A stretch of 63,569 bases of DNA, the filler included, from Octopus bimaculoides (taxonomy: Eukaryota), in NCBI RefSeq assembly GCF_001194135.2. It is 9 parts of 8 records of this genome, joined end to end, with 100 filler letters (N's around TTAATTAATTAA, not from the genome) between each part and the next. Parts side by side here need not be neighbours in the genome. Positions count along the whole stretch, not along the records: positions 43,787 to 48,152 come from NC_068981.1; positions 48,253 to 51,511 come from NC_068985.1; positions 51,612 to 58,428 come from NC_068996.1; positions 58,529 to 60,986 come from NW_026328210.1; 5 more parts are not named here. One strand, 5' to 3'. Below the pieces are notes generated by a model that was given only the letters and a program-made list of their open reading frames with translations, was not told the DNA's origin and searched no databases. The position numbers and the translations under genes were made by a program. Shown one piece after another: positions 45,481-58,839 of this stretch; the stretch's first letter is position 1; each line of letters begins with the position of its first letter.

Positions 45481-48068
45481 TATATTTTCCACCGTCGTGT
45501 TTAGAGCCAATTTTAAAAATCTAACTTCACTTCTGGTTACCTGCATCGTGTTCCGCATTTATTAAAATCTTGAATGAAGTGTTCATGTCTCCAATGAGAG
45601 TCATCAGTATCCTCTCACTTTTGAACACTTGTATAAAGTGATTTCTTGTTTCTTGCTAATAACAAGTCCAGTTTAATTTACATGAATTCCATAAAAGAGC
45701 CCACAAACTTAAAATAAAACAAATAAAAAAAAACATTCGTCAAAATTACATTACTAGGAATATTACTCTTTATTTGGGATTAAATACTATAGAAATTTCT
45801 GTAATTAATATTTTTCTAATATCCCACTCATGAAGAAACGTTTAGAAAATGTTTATTCCACACCATAAAATCAAGGAGATTTATTAGACAAAACGTTCCA
45901 AAAAGTCACTAACCACCTACACACCCGAGATATGCAAATGTCACATCTCCAAAATAATCTAAACAGTCCATAAAGAAACCAAAAACACATCACCCAATCA
46001 GTTAACACACACATCCAAACATAGAAGACATATAATTCCGACACTAATGTCAAGTTGTAATAAATTTCCCTTCATGACGTTAGTGGCGTTAAAACCCGAG
46101 TGGCCTGACAAACTCTCAGATATAGTTGCATGCAAAATCATATAGTCTTCAACATGTTTTGAGCACTAGTAAGTTACTCTTTCAATATAAACCACTGCAA
46201 GAAATGCATGCACACAAGCAAATCACAGGAGCATATACGCATAAATGTACACAAACACATAAACACACACACATAAACACACACACATAAGCACACACAT
46301 AAACACATACGCCCACACAGACACACGCACATGCATATATATACATATATAAGCATTGGTTTACACTTCCTAAAACATATATGTGGCTCATTATATTAAT
46401 GCCCGTTTTTATTTCCTCATAAATACTGGAATATTTGATGCAATGTAGTGTTTATTAGTTTCAGCCTGAGTGCGCATTGTCATTTGTATTATGATCATAA
46501 TTTGTATCATTAAATCTTGTGTTTATTGCACAATTCATCTAATGTAGCAATATTCACATAGTGATCATATAGAAGGAAACGGATGTTCTTACGCTTTCAG
46601 ATCCGTTAGAAAAGTTTGATGCCTAAAGCATATTAATTCAATAACTAATGCTAAAATAGATATTCATATGCTTCAAACTACTTTCTGAAAAGTTGTCTTT
46701 TGATGGAGTATTTATACAATTTACTAACCCAAATTGCAATCTAGCAAATAATGTGAAGAGGTAGGACACACGCTGATGTGACAATTTAACATTCGTGTCA
46801 GTGTAATTACTTCTATAATAGTTATATGCGTAAATAATAAACAGTTACTTTCACTTATGCATTAAAGATACATTTTTGAAACAACTTCTAAATAGATTCT
46901 AACACTCTGTTCTGAACATGTTTGTGCACAGTTCATATATCAGTGAAATACTGAGCACGAAGAAGTACCTATACCCAGCACATCACCTAGATATTGCAAA
47001 ACAATGCATAAAACATCAGGAAGCTGTCAATGTTTCTAATATAAGACGTGTGATACGTTCAGCCAAACTGACAGCAATTACACAAATACAGACTAAAGTT
47101 TTTTCATCACCGAAATTACATTTCCGAAATAAAACAAAAAATACGTCTTTCTTTCTCACGTTTCTTTTATTTGTTTTCCGTGCACTTTATTGTTTCGTAT
47201 TCTGTGTCATAGTTATTTATCTGTCTTTTCTGGTTTTATATGTTTACAATATGCATGACGGTGTTCATATTGTTTCCACTGTTAGTGTTGCTTTGTCAAA
47301 ATATACAGTTATTTATTTACATGTTAGTTTTCTTTCATTCATTGTTTTATACTTGATGCAAAATATGATTATTTCAATTTCTGCTGTTGCTTTTTTATGT
47401 CACTTCTGCTTAAATCTGCTGTTATAACACATATGTTGGAAAAAATATTGTTCCGAATCTATATTACACAAGTAGTCACGCAGATTTCTTTTAAATGAAT
47501 ATGCCATTTATAATTTGAACTCCTGCATTTGATGTAAGGAATATGACTACGTAATGTTTTGTCGGAGTTGCTTGAGGGTAATCATATAAAAAAGGGTTAC
47601 TATGTCTGAATGAAGCGTGTTATAAAATTTCATTACAAAAACATATATTGATGTTTTATATATTTTCCTTATGTGATTGTGGCTCGTATTTACATTTGTG
47701 AACTATTGTATATCGTACTGTATCTGTTTTCTCTACACGGTACTATCATTTCCATTACGCCATGAAAAATAATCGCTGTTTCAGAATAAGACGTCAGATT
47801 TGTTTTTCCTGTATCAAATCACTGTACTTAATATTAAAAGCATCATCTGTGTAAATTAGAACCGTGTATCTATAATATAGGATATCTCTGTCCATTTCAA
47901 AAGTGTGAATAAATTGATGTGGAGATGTGTACGTATTTCACAGGAAGTATCGATATGAAAATCTGTGATATTACCAAAATGGTGCATATTCATATATAAC
48001 GATAATATTCGTCCCAATAAAATTTATTATAACAAAAAAATTGACGACTATATATATACAGGCATATT

Positions 48069-48100
<32 letters not shown>

Positions 48101-49638
48101 GATGCATACACCGATCAACATATACAGTAATGCACTTTATATATATATATATNNNNNNNNNNNNNNNNNNNNNNNNNNNNNNNNNNNNNNNNNNNNTTAA
48201 TTAATTAANNNNNNNNNNNNNNNNNNNNNNNNNNNNNNNNNNNNNNNNNNNNTTCCACGCAGGAAAACATATAAGCAAATTTGTTATTGAAAATACACCT
48301 AAATTTGAAAAAATTGCAATTGTATTAAAATAAAATAATTTACATATATATCAAACTAGTTTCAACAATATTTTTTGTTTATCAATGGTAAAAATTTAGA
48401 ATTATGATTTAGTAAAACATGTTTAAAAGTTTCAATGTTGACAAGTTTAAATGTTCATAACTGTCAATAATATAAAAACTGGATCAACTTAAATGCACAG
48501 ATATCAATAGTGTCAGTAGTGGTTGACAAGAAACGAATATGATCAAGGTTTCAGTCATACCGAGTTAAGACGGAGAAAAACAAGGGAGAAATGAAGATAG
48601 TTAAAAAAAAGGGATTTAGTTTACAGTTTCTGTGATTCTCTTTCCTTCGTGTGCGAAACAAATTTTGTCATATGCGGGAAGTCATAATGCTTGATGTCTA
48701 ACGCACTCATCGTTGTGGGGTTTAATATCGGACGGGTGCTTAAAGGATAATATCGGAGAGGTGCCTAATCTTCAAATTCCTATTTGGATTTATACGTGGA
48801 TGTGCGTTTGTGTGCAAGGTTGTATGTGGCTACCACTGAGCAGAACTTTCGAGTTGTGTCAGTTGGATGAATGAATGGTAGACGTTATAACTTTTATAAT
48901 CATGCTTCCATTCATACATTTTTTTGTTTGTTTTTGAGTTCGGGTAATGGAACTATTTAGTTAGTTCACTTTGAATTTAACTAATTTTCGATTGCAGTGA
49001 AGACAATGTCTTAACATTTATTTTCGGAAATACAATTTCAAATGATATTTTCTATTTCTAAATATGGTAACACAATAGAAACAATTGTCGGCTTTTGTCA
49101 GTTGAATTCTACAGTTAAAGTTCTGATTTTCTTTGTACGTATTTTTGTTGTCTAATACTCTGAATTACTCGAAATTTTTCTCAATGATACTTGTCATACA
49201 TGAGGAATTATCTTTGATGTGTATTCTGCTTCCGTTTAACATTGAGTGTTTTAATATCCCATTTTTTCTCTTCTTATATACATACATACATACATACATA
49301 TATNNNNNNNNNNNNNNNNNNNNNNNNNNNNNNNNNNNNNNNNNNNNNNNNNNNNNNNNNNNNNNNNNNNNNNNNNNNNNNNNNNNNNNNNNNNNNNNNN
49401 NNNNNNNNNNNNNNNNNNNNNNNNNNNNNNNNNNNNNNNNNNNNNNNNNNNNNNNNNNNNNNNNNNNNNNNNNNNNNNNNNNNNNNNNNNNNNNNNNNNN
49501 NNNNNNNNNNNNNNNNNNNNNNNNNNNNNNNNNNNNNNNNNNNNNNNNNNNNNNNNNNNNNNNNNNNNNNNNNNNNNNNNNNNNNNNNNNNNNNNNNNNN
49601 NNNNNNNNNNNNNNNNNNNNNNNNNNNNNNNNNATGTA

Positions 49639-49686
<48 letters not shown>

Positions 49687-50519
49687 TGCATGTATAATAT
49701 ATATATATATATAAATGGAAAATAGGATAAGATAGAAATTGCTAAAATAATTTTATCATGAAACACACAGACGCGCGCGCGCATGCACACACACACACAC
49801 ACATACACACACACACACACACACACAAACACATTTATATGTATATGTATATATTGTGTCTTGAGAGTTTATTAGTTAACTTTTTTTCTAAATTTTCGTA
49901 GCTTTTGAAACTTGTCAATGGATGTTGACTGTCCGTATGTGGGGCAGCTTTGTTTCTTTGTTTGTGCGCATGTATGTGCGTCAATTTGCATGAGTGCTTG
50001 TGTATGCAAGTATGTATGTATGTATGTATGTATGTATGTATTACGCATGTATGTATGTACGTCTGCTTGAATGTATGTATGTGTATGCATTTATATATGT
50101 ATTCGTGTGTGTATATATGTATGTATTCTGCATATTCATGGCTTTGTGTGTGCGTGTGTTCATGTGTTTGCATATATGTGTGTGTATGTATTCGTGTTTG
50201 TACCTGTGTTTGTACCTGTGTCTCCTTGTGTGCGCGTGTTCGAGTGTGTCTATGTGTATGGTCTTGTGTGACTAAGTACGCACCTCTGTTATGTATGAAT
50301 GTGTGTCTCCATATGTGTCTATGTGTATGTGTGTGATTGGATTGTGTGGATGTATATGGTCATGTGTTTCCGTATCCTTTTGTGTGTGTGTGTATGTGTG
50401 TGTGTGCTTGTCTGTCCGTATTAACTATGTACCTATCTATCTACTTATCTATGTATCCATGCGTTTACTTATATATCCATTTACCTACCTGCCTGCCTAC
50501 CTATTTATCTACTTACCTA

Positions 50520-50613
50520 CTTAGCTACTGACCTACCTACAACCTACCTACCTACCTACCTACCTACCTACCTACCTACCTACCTACCTACCTATCTACC
50601 TACCTACCTACCT
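50520..50613. repeat. (CCTA)n microsatellite
   Basis: Read directly from the sequence. Confidence 0.97.
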
Positions 50614-50619
50614 ATGTGT

Positions 50620-51295
50620 ATTTCTCATTTAGTACAGGGGATGTTTCATGTAAGAGGACGTAGACATGTATTTGTCTCAGTGTTGGATCTTTCGGATGCT
50701 TGGATAAAATGCGTGTCAAATCGGCCCAGCGTGCCTCCATGCTGGTCTTTGATATATTGGTAGCGTATAGAGGACTGTTTTGTATCATCATATTGCTTCA
50801 AGTGTTCATTTAATCTCTCGGCATTTCTTCTCGATGTTTCTGCAATGTATGCCGTATTCTTGTCTTCAAAAGCACCCTCTGTGCACTTTATGCAATATAC
50901 TACATTTCTAATTCTACAGTTAATTCCTGTTTTCATTAGTCCATGTGATATTTTCGAATGAGTTCATCCTACATAACTGCGATCTGATGGAACTCATTGG
51001 CTTTTTAACGATCTTAATGTTGAGATTGGTCTCCTTCAGAGCTTTCCTAAATCTACGGACTAGATCACTCCTTGATATATTCTGTCCAGTACCATGTGTT
51101 TATTTGTTTGCTTTGTCACAAACTCTTTGTATCCTATTCCAGTCTTTACCTCTGTATCTAGGGCGGGTACCACTGGCTTCACTATATATAATGCTATCTA
51201 GCTTTTTTCTAGCTCCTCTGTATACACAAATTCTATTTTTCTGGTCATATTCAGAGAACTGCATATGGTGCATGTACAGTTCTATATTTAAAAGA
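50620..51295 (-). pseudogene. Penelope-like element ORF remnant: linker/thumb plus GIY-YIG endonuclease
   Basis: Across frames: MQFSEYDQKNR...EASGTRPRYRGKDWNR; RRFRKALKETNLNIKIVKKP..SIRSQL; NCRIRNVVYCIKC...YIAETSRRNAERLNEH; DPTLRQI...ETSPVLNEK. Confidence 0.88.
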
Positions 51296-51360
51296 TGAGG
51301 AATTTTGTGCATTATTTACATTAATTACATTATTTACATTATTTACAGTCAACGTACATA

Positions 51361-51449
51361 TGGCGTAGTGGTCAAGAGCGCGGGCTACTAACCCCAAGAT
51401 TCAGAGTTCGATTCCAAGCAGTGACCTGAAACTGATAATAATAATGATA

Positions 51450-51488
<39 letters not shown>

Positions 51489-51510
51489 TTAATAATAATA
51501 ATAATAATAA
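51361..51510 (+). mobile_element. Minimal tRNA-derived SINE (head only) with (AAT)n tail
   Basis: TGGCGTAGTGGTC A-box, GAGTTCGATTCC B-box, anticodon-like arm cggg-ctactaa-cccc; no proper acceptor stem; runs directly into (AAT)n. Confidence 0.75.
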
Positions 51511-51611
51511 TNNNNNNNNNNNNNNNNNNNNNNNNNNNNNNNNNNNNNNNNNNNNTTAATTAATTAANNNNNNNNNNNNNNNNNNNNNNNNNNNNNNNNN
51601 NNNNNNNNNNN

Positions 51612-51664
<53 letters not shown>

Positions 51665-51782
51665 ATTTGAAGTCTCTGTTCATTATAGTCCTAACTTGAT
51701 CATTGTCCCCTCTCTTTAACGCTCACTCTCTTTCCATCCCTCCGTCCATACATACATCCATACATACATGCATGCATGCATA

Positions 51783-52525
51783 GTGTTCGGTTTAAATTTG
51801 ACGATTTTTTATGTCTCCATTTTCCAGGAACAGCTTGATGTATTGGTGAACAGTCAGTGGTGTTGGAGAGCATAAAGACTAAATTGTAGTTTACAAAAAG
51901 TTAGCCGACATGGAGGACTGGAAGCCATCTGAATATTGGAAAATAGTTTCCTATATCATGATGATTCGTGCCGGATATCAAAATGTCAACATCATGACTA
52001 CTACTCAATCTTCTGTGAACACTGTAAACGCTGTAAGACGTGACATGGACAGCTGCAACGGAGACTACAAAGCCATGGCCAGCAAGAAAGGACACAGCTG
52101 ACTGTGTTCGCAGGCCGGGATTAGTCCAACAGTTGATGAATATAGTCGTAGGCTCAATTCAGACGGTTATGCAAACCCGTTGGAGACTATGGTCACACAA
52201 CTGGCCGGCGAGGGTTGCTGCTGGTAGGCTATATGTGTGGCAGCAGGATTCAGTTCTTACCTCTGGAAGAGTCAGAAGTGATTATCGGAGAATTTTTACA
52301 CTATTAGCCCCAATTTCTGGCTTCCTAATTCCCTGCGATTGTAATCCCTTGAGTCGAGCTGGTGGCCAAGATTAAGAAGGTGTTCGAAGATCTTCATAGT
52401 GAGGAACTCATGTGCCAGCTTCCGTGGCCATCTTGAGATCGTGGTGGAAGCTGAGGGCGGTTACTTTGAGCAAACTGTTATCTCTCAGCCATCATCTTGT
52501 TGATTTTTAAAAATACATTTATTTT
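51783..52525 (+). mobile_element. Tc1/mariner (maT/DD37D-like) internally deleted element
   Basis: GRLYVWQQDS, SPNFWLPNS, DCNPL, ELVAKIKKVFEDL, CASFRGHLEIVVEAEGGYFEQ; 5' end tagtgttcggtttaaattt. Confidence 0.85.
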
Positions 52526-53222
52526 TGGATACTTGTTTCAGTCATTTGACTGCGGCCATGTTGGAGCACCGCCTTTAGTCGAACAAGGACTTATTCTTTG
52601 TAAGCCTATTACTTATTCTACCGAACCGTTAAGTTACGGTGGCATAAACACACCAACATAGGTTGTTGAGCGATGTTGGGGTGNNNNNNNNNNNNNNNNN
52701 NNNNNNNNNNNNNNNNNNNNNNNNNNNNNNNNNNNNNNNNNNNNNNNNNNNNNNNNNNNNNNNNNNNNNNNNNNNNNNNNNNNNNNNNNNNNNNNNNNNN
52801 NNNNNNNNNNNNNNNNNNNNNNNNNNNNNNNNNNNNNNNNNNNNNNNNNNNNNNNNNNNNNNNNNNNNNNNNNNNNNNNNNNNNNNNNNNNNNNNNNNNN
52901 NNNNNNNNNNNNNNNNNNNNNNNNNNNNNNNNNNNNNNNNNNNNNNNNNNNNNNNNNNNNNNNNNNNNNNNNNNNNNNNNNNNNNNNNNNNNNNNNNNNN
53001 NNNNNNNNNNNNNNNNNNNNNNNNNNNNNNNNNNNNNNNNNNNNNNNTATATATATACGACGGACTTCTTTCAGTTTCCGTCTACCAAATGCACTCACAA
53101 GGCTTTGGTCGGCCTGAAGCTGTAGTAGAAAACACTTGCCCAAGGTGCCATGCAGTGGGACTGAATTCGGAACCATGTGGTTGGGAAGCAAGTTTCTTAC
53201 AACACAGCCACGCCTGCGCCTA
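52526..53222 (-). mobile_element. SINE family A, full length, central microsatellite in a gap
   Basis: Tail at 52526-52683, head at 53048-53222. Confidence 0.88.
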
Positions 53223-53869
53223 TAAGAAATTCTTGTCAGACGTGGGATAGGATATTTTTTCTTCTTTTTTTTTCTTTATGCAAACTTTCAAATTTAACCT
53301 GAACACTGTATAATGTTGGACGGACACACACACATTTGTATGTATACCCATATGAATGTGTGTTTGTGTGTTTATGTTATTGTGTTTGATAAACTTTGAA
53401 AGGCAAGGACCGAGATTTCAATATAAACATTAGAAAAATAATTTCAAGTTCTCAGATAATTCAATTACAATATGTAAACATCTGTATTTAAAAATAAACT
53501 TGCATTTTTGTATATTTTAACTACATTCCATTATCATTATATANNNNNNNNNNNNNNNNNNNNNNNNNNNNNNNNNNNNNNNNNNNNNNNNNNNNNNNNN
53601 NNNNNNNNNNNNNNNNNNNNNNNNNNNNNNNNNNNNNNNNNNNNNNNNNNNNNNNNNNNNNNNNNNNNNNNNNNNNNNNNNNNNNNNNNNNNNNNNNNNN
53701 NNNNNNNNNNNNNNNNNNNNNNNNNNNNNNNNNNNNNNNNNNNNNNNNNNNNNNNNNNNNNNNNNNNNNNNNNNNNNNNNNNNNNNNNNNNNNNNNNNNN
53801 NNNNNNNNNNNNNNNNNNNNNNNNNNNNNNNNNNNNNNNNNNNNNNNNNNNNNNNNNNNNNNNNNNNNG

Positions 53870-54000
53870 GACAAAAGGCTTAGCAACATTTCTGTTGGCT
53901 CAAATTCCGTCTAGTTCGTAGACAAACGTAGCTTTTGAGCACTGGGATCGATGCAATTGACTATCTCCCACCACACAAATTTTCTTACCTTATGCTTCTA
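53870..54000 (+). mobile_element. SINE family B, degraded and deleted
   Basis: caaaaggcttagcaacatttc...gagcactgggatcgatgcaattgact. Confidence 0.6.
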
Positions 54001-54489
54001 TGTATGTATGTATGTGTGTGTGTGCGTGTGTGTTTGTACGTGTGTGTGTGCGCGCGCGTACTAGTGCACTCGAAGATACATTCAACGGTAAATATATTTA
54101 GGTTCGGTAAACAAACTTGTCAGTCCTTCCTCTCTACAAGTACATTAACGCGCGCGTTCATGCACAGACGCATACATACATACATACATACACAATGCAT
54201 GCATACATACATACATACAGATTTATTTACGTACATGCATGCATGCATCCATCCATCCATCCATACATACATACATACATACTTACACACATACATATAT
54301 ACTTACATACATGCTTGCATGCATACATACATTCATAACGTGCATACATACATACATATATATATACATACATATATACATACATATATGCACGCAGAAA
54401 TACGTACATACATGCACACATGCATACATACATACATACATTACATACATACAATATCGTCATCGTTGCACTTTCCTATCTTCGGTTTT

Positions 54490-54760
54490 CATGCTTCCAT
54501 GAGTTGAACGCGTCGTTTATCCTGCGCTACGTGCTGCCAATCTTCTGGGTCGTTTGTCATCTTCCTTTGTGAGGTTCAGCTTCCTGAGATCAAGTCTTCT
54601 CAACTTCATCCCTTGTTTTTGTCTCGGTCTTCCTTCTTTCATAGTTTCTTTCCACTTGGATCTCTTGGCACTTCTTTATCCAACTGTAATCCTCCGTATA
54701 CATCTGATGTCTGTACCTATCCAGCTTCGTCACTTGTACACTAAATCTAATCCAGTCACG
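54490..54760 (-). pseudogene. RTE-clade LINE 3' ORF fragment
   Basis: Minus strand with frameshifts: WIKKCQEIQVE...GRPR...DEV...DLRKLNLTKE; homologous to 456-610. Confidence 0.75.
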
Positions 54761-56319
54761 TGCAAATGCAGCCCGCGCGACTTCGTGTATGGCACGCCCT
54801 ACAAAAATATTACTCTGAATTTTTTAGTATCGCTACTCGCCTGATGATGAGCTAAGGCTCATGCGGCTCGATTATCGAGACAGGTTGTTTGTGCATGACA
54901 TAACTTTTCGTTTTGTTTTGTTGTCTATTCACTCTAACGTTATGCGTATATATCACATTTTTATGCTGGTTTCATTTCTTCTTATCCCTCGGACGTCATC
55001 TATATATAATTCCCACGTTTCATTACCATATAGTAGTAGCATTTCATTGCGTAGACACACGAGAAGAGGATGCATTTGTTGACTACTGAGGTAAAGAGGG
55101 TCGTCATTCTCATGAAAGTTAAACCAAAACAGGTTTTTAGAATGGCCAGAAAAATCACTACATATCTGTAAAATGTATGTTGAGATGGTTCGTTTTCGAC
55201 CATATATCGATATTGGGACAATTTCTTCCAGATCTACACTATTTGGAATTAATAGAAAATATTTATCTTGAGAATATTACATCCATTTTTGTTACACACG
55301 TCAGAATAGGTAAATAAGAATTGTGACCATAGACATTGAAGGTCAATGTTAAAGAACACCAAAATACATTTAATGCTGCTCCGGAGTGATTTGAAGGAAT
55401 CAGCAATTTATATTTTCAGTTGAAATAAGTATGATTTCACGTACGTCACACTTTTTGGATTCTCTTCAAAGAAATTAAACATACATATCAGGCAAAAAAA
55501 AAGAAAAAAAATGTTTAATACTTGCCTGAGTAGTTAATCTTTAACGTAAAGAATGAATCAATGCAATTCATATAACTGTTCAAAACTTACAGATTAAATG
55601 TTTCATAATTTGTTTTTCCTCACTGTCACGTGCATTACATGAGAATCGGCCAATAGGTTCTTATTTTTACACTGGATACAGATCTTTTGGAACATTGCAC
55701 TCCATCCTAATATACTGTTAATTAAGTTATCTTAGGTAACAAAAGATCAAATGCTGTTTATGGAGCCTTCCTGTCATTTGAAAGGAATCTTTTCGTGGTT
55801 AGTTGTATTGCTAATTGGAACTTTACATCTACTACAAACGAAATCTTTCCTCTCTGTCAGTTTGTTTGTGGTTCTCGTGCGCCTCTTTAGCGCAGGCAGT
55901 TTAAATTGGCTACATCATATGGAAGTCTTACTAACTACTTTCTTTTGCATATCAAGTATGACCACTTTCCAGATGACAGCAGAGTCCTCCTGTCTTCTAT
56001 TCCATACATTCATTCATCCATCCATTTTCTCCGCCTATTATTTCTGGGAAGGTCGTGGGAATAGAGACCTCAGGCACTTCCTCCGTAGGGATCTTATCAG
56101 AAACAGTAGTCATTAATTACATTTTCCTGTTGGATCCCCGAGCATGACTCACCGAGACTATGGATATTATCTAACCATCCCATCTCTTGCCTGCTGTTCT
56201 ATTCTGCTAATTTAAACTTGCCTTTGTCAGGTTTACTTTGAGGTTTCAAGGTTTTAGGTTTTGCTTCTACGTTTGGAATTAATTCTCTAAAGGTTTGGTA
56301 GATCTGAAATAGATTTGGC

Positions 56320-56550
56320 TGTTGTTTCTAGTAAGCTGAGCAACCGCATATGTTCACTTGTAGGCTCGTGATCTAAACTGTTTGAAATTTTTGCTCAATT
56401 TTGAGGGAAGGGAGCTAGTCGATTACATTGATCAACCCAAGTACTTGACTGGTACTTTATTTTATCGACCCCGGAAACTATGAAAAGCAAAGATGAAAAC
56501 GAGACATAAGAAATGCAGCGAAGAATGTTGCCCGACGCGCTAACGATTTT
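56320..56550 (-). mobile_element. SINE family B, degraded
   Basis: ctagtcgattacattgatcaacccaagtacttgactggtac...cccgacgcgctaacgatt. Confidence 0.75.
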
Positions 56551-56576
56551 TCACGTTATCAAAATAATATCTAAAG

Positions 56577-56855
56577 TAGGGATTCCCAATCAGGGTCCAC
56601 AAGTAAAAAATTGTAATTTGTGGGTCCATATATAAATTTGGTTTACTATGAGAGGTATCTGTATTTATTGAAATTTTCAAGATTTCGTATTTGGAATTTA
56701 TGTTATGAATATAACGAAATTGTTTCATTGTTAGTTTTTACTAAACTACAAACAAATATTTTATTTCAAAAATTTTACATGTGCATATATGGGGTTCACA
56801 GATGATAAGATAGCTTTCAGGGAGCCCACAACCAAAATAATATTGGGAACCCCTC
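56577..56855. mobile_element. hAT-type MITE
   Basis: TAGGGATTCCCAAT / ATTGGGAACCCCTC; TSD atctaaag / ggctaaag (6/8). Confidence 0.7.
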
Positions 56856-57903
56856 GGCTAAAGTATATAGGTTTTCTTTCTGCCCAGAGGAGTCTAAACT
56901 GTAAATTATGGATTGAAACTTCGTGAATTGTGGTTTGTGAGATAATTTTTTGACTAGNNNNNNNNNNNNNNNNNNNNNNNNNNNNNNNNNNNNNNNNNNN
57001 NNNNNNNNNNNNNNNNNNNNNNNNNNNNNNNNNNNNNNNNNNNNNNNNNNNNNNNNNNNNNNNNNNNNNNNNNNNNNNNNNNNNNNNNNNNNNNNNNNNN
57101 NNNNNNNNNNNNNNNNNNNNNNNNNNNNNNNNNNNNNNNNNNNNNNNNNNNNNNNNNNNNNNNNNNNNNNNNNNNNNNNNNNNNNNNNNNNNNNNNNNNN
57201 NNNNNNNNNNNNNNNNNNNNNNNNNNNNNNNNNNNNNNNNNNNNNNNNNNNNNNNNNNNNNNNNNNNNNNNNNNNNNNNNNNNNNNNNNNNNNNNNNNNN
57301 NNNNNNNNNNNNNNNNNNNNNNNNNNNNNNNNNNNNNNNNNNNNNNNNNNNNNNNNNNNNNNNNNNNNNNNNNNNNNNNNNNNNNNNNNNNNNNNNNNNN
57401 NNNNNNNNNNNNNNNNNNNNNNNNNNNNNNNNNNNNNNNNNNNNNNNNNNNNNNNNNNNNNNNNNNNNNNNNNNNNNNNNNNNNNNNNNNNNNNNNNNNN
57501 NNNNNNNNNNNNNNNNNNNNNNNNNNNNNNNNNNNNNNNNNNNNNNNNNNNNNNNNNNNNNNNNNNNNNNNNNNNNNNNNNNNNNNNNNNNNNNNNNNNN
57601 NNNNNNNNNNNNNNNNNNNNNNNNNNNNNNNNNNNNNNNNNNNNNNNNNGTCTTAGGAAGTTTGCAAGATATTTAATTGTGTTCGTATTAGAAATCTTCG
57701 TATGAGTAAATTTGTTTGCTCTAAGCAAAACTGCTCCTATACATAACAGAAAATATATAATAATAAATAAATGAATAAATAAAGATAGAAAGAAATATTA
57801 TATAAAATGAAATATTAAAGAAATTAAATAAATCTGATAAACTTATTCCATGCCTGAGTATCAGTGACGCTTACGTGACATACTTCCATTAAAATACACA
57901 CAC

Positions 57904-57962
<59 letters not shown>

Positions 57963-58383
57963 CGCGCGCGAAGAAGTACTTAAGATGAGTTGAATGGCAA
58001 TATAAACTATGTAAATTATAATTACACCCTCTTCCTGTTCAGAGTTTCGAGTTCTATATATATATGCATATGTGTGTGTTTGTATATGTGTGTATTTGTG
58101 TATGTGCGTGTGTACGTGGATCTATATAAGTATATAAATGTGTATTAAAACATTTATTTATATCTATCTATCTATCTGTCTGTCTGTCTGTCTAACAATT
58201 AATTACATTTCTGTACATTTACATATATAATTATAGTTTACACACACGTACATACATTTACGCACACGTATATATTATTATAACATGTACGTGTATGTTT
58301 TTGTGTGCGCGCGCACGTGCGTGTGCGTGTGCGCGTGTGCATGTGCGTGTGTGTGTGTGTGTACATGTGTGTGTGTGTGTGTG

Positions 58384-58428
<45 letters not shown>

Positions 58429-58556
58429 NNNNNNNNNNNNNNNNNNNNNNNNNNNNNNNNNNNNNNNNNNNNTTAATTAATTAANNNNNNNNNNNNNNNN
58501 NNNNNNNNNNNNNNNNNNNNNNNNNNNNTGTTGTTGTTGTTGTTGTTGTTGTTAAT

Positions 58557-58794
58557 AAGGCGGCGTGTTGGCAGAGTCGTTAGCACGCTGGACGGAATGT
58601 TTAGCGGTATTTCATCCATCTTTACGTCCTGAGTTCAAATTCCGCCGAGGTCGACTTTGCCTTTCATCCTTTCGGCGTCGATAAATTAAGTACCAGTTAC
58701 GCACTGGGGTCGATATAATCGACTTAACCCCTTCCCCCAAATTTGAAGCCTTGTGCCTCCAGTTGAAAGGATTATTATTATTATTATTATTATT

Positions 58795-58800
<6 letters not shown>
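58557..58800 (+). mobile_element. SINE family B, near consensus, (ATT)n tail
   Basis: Full head and body, then gaaagg(att)n. Confidence 0.92.

Positions 58801-58839
<39 letters not shown>

Noticed and set aside
45575-45612. Minus-strand CTGATGA-C-TCTC-ATTG-GAGA-CATGAAC
   Set aside because: At least two indels would be needed to make a hammerhead core.
46769-46803. 12-bp hairpin acgctgatgtga / tcgtgtcagtgt as a possible pre-miRNA
   Set aside because: Four of the 12 pairs are G-U, the stem is too short, and it matches no conserved miRNA I recall.
46918-47427. 169-aa ORF with a hydrophobic C-terminus
   Set aside because: The hydrophobicity comes from a T-rich tract, and there is no recognisable domain.
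54840-54885. CTGATGA-T-GAGC-TAAG-GCTC followed by a second hairpin, CTCGA-TTA-TCGAG
   Set aside because: No GAAA follows stem II and no stem I or III can be drawn. It may be a decayed hammerhead, but that is not supportable.
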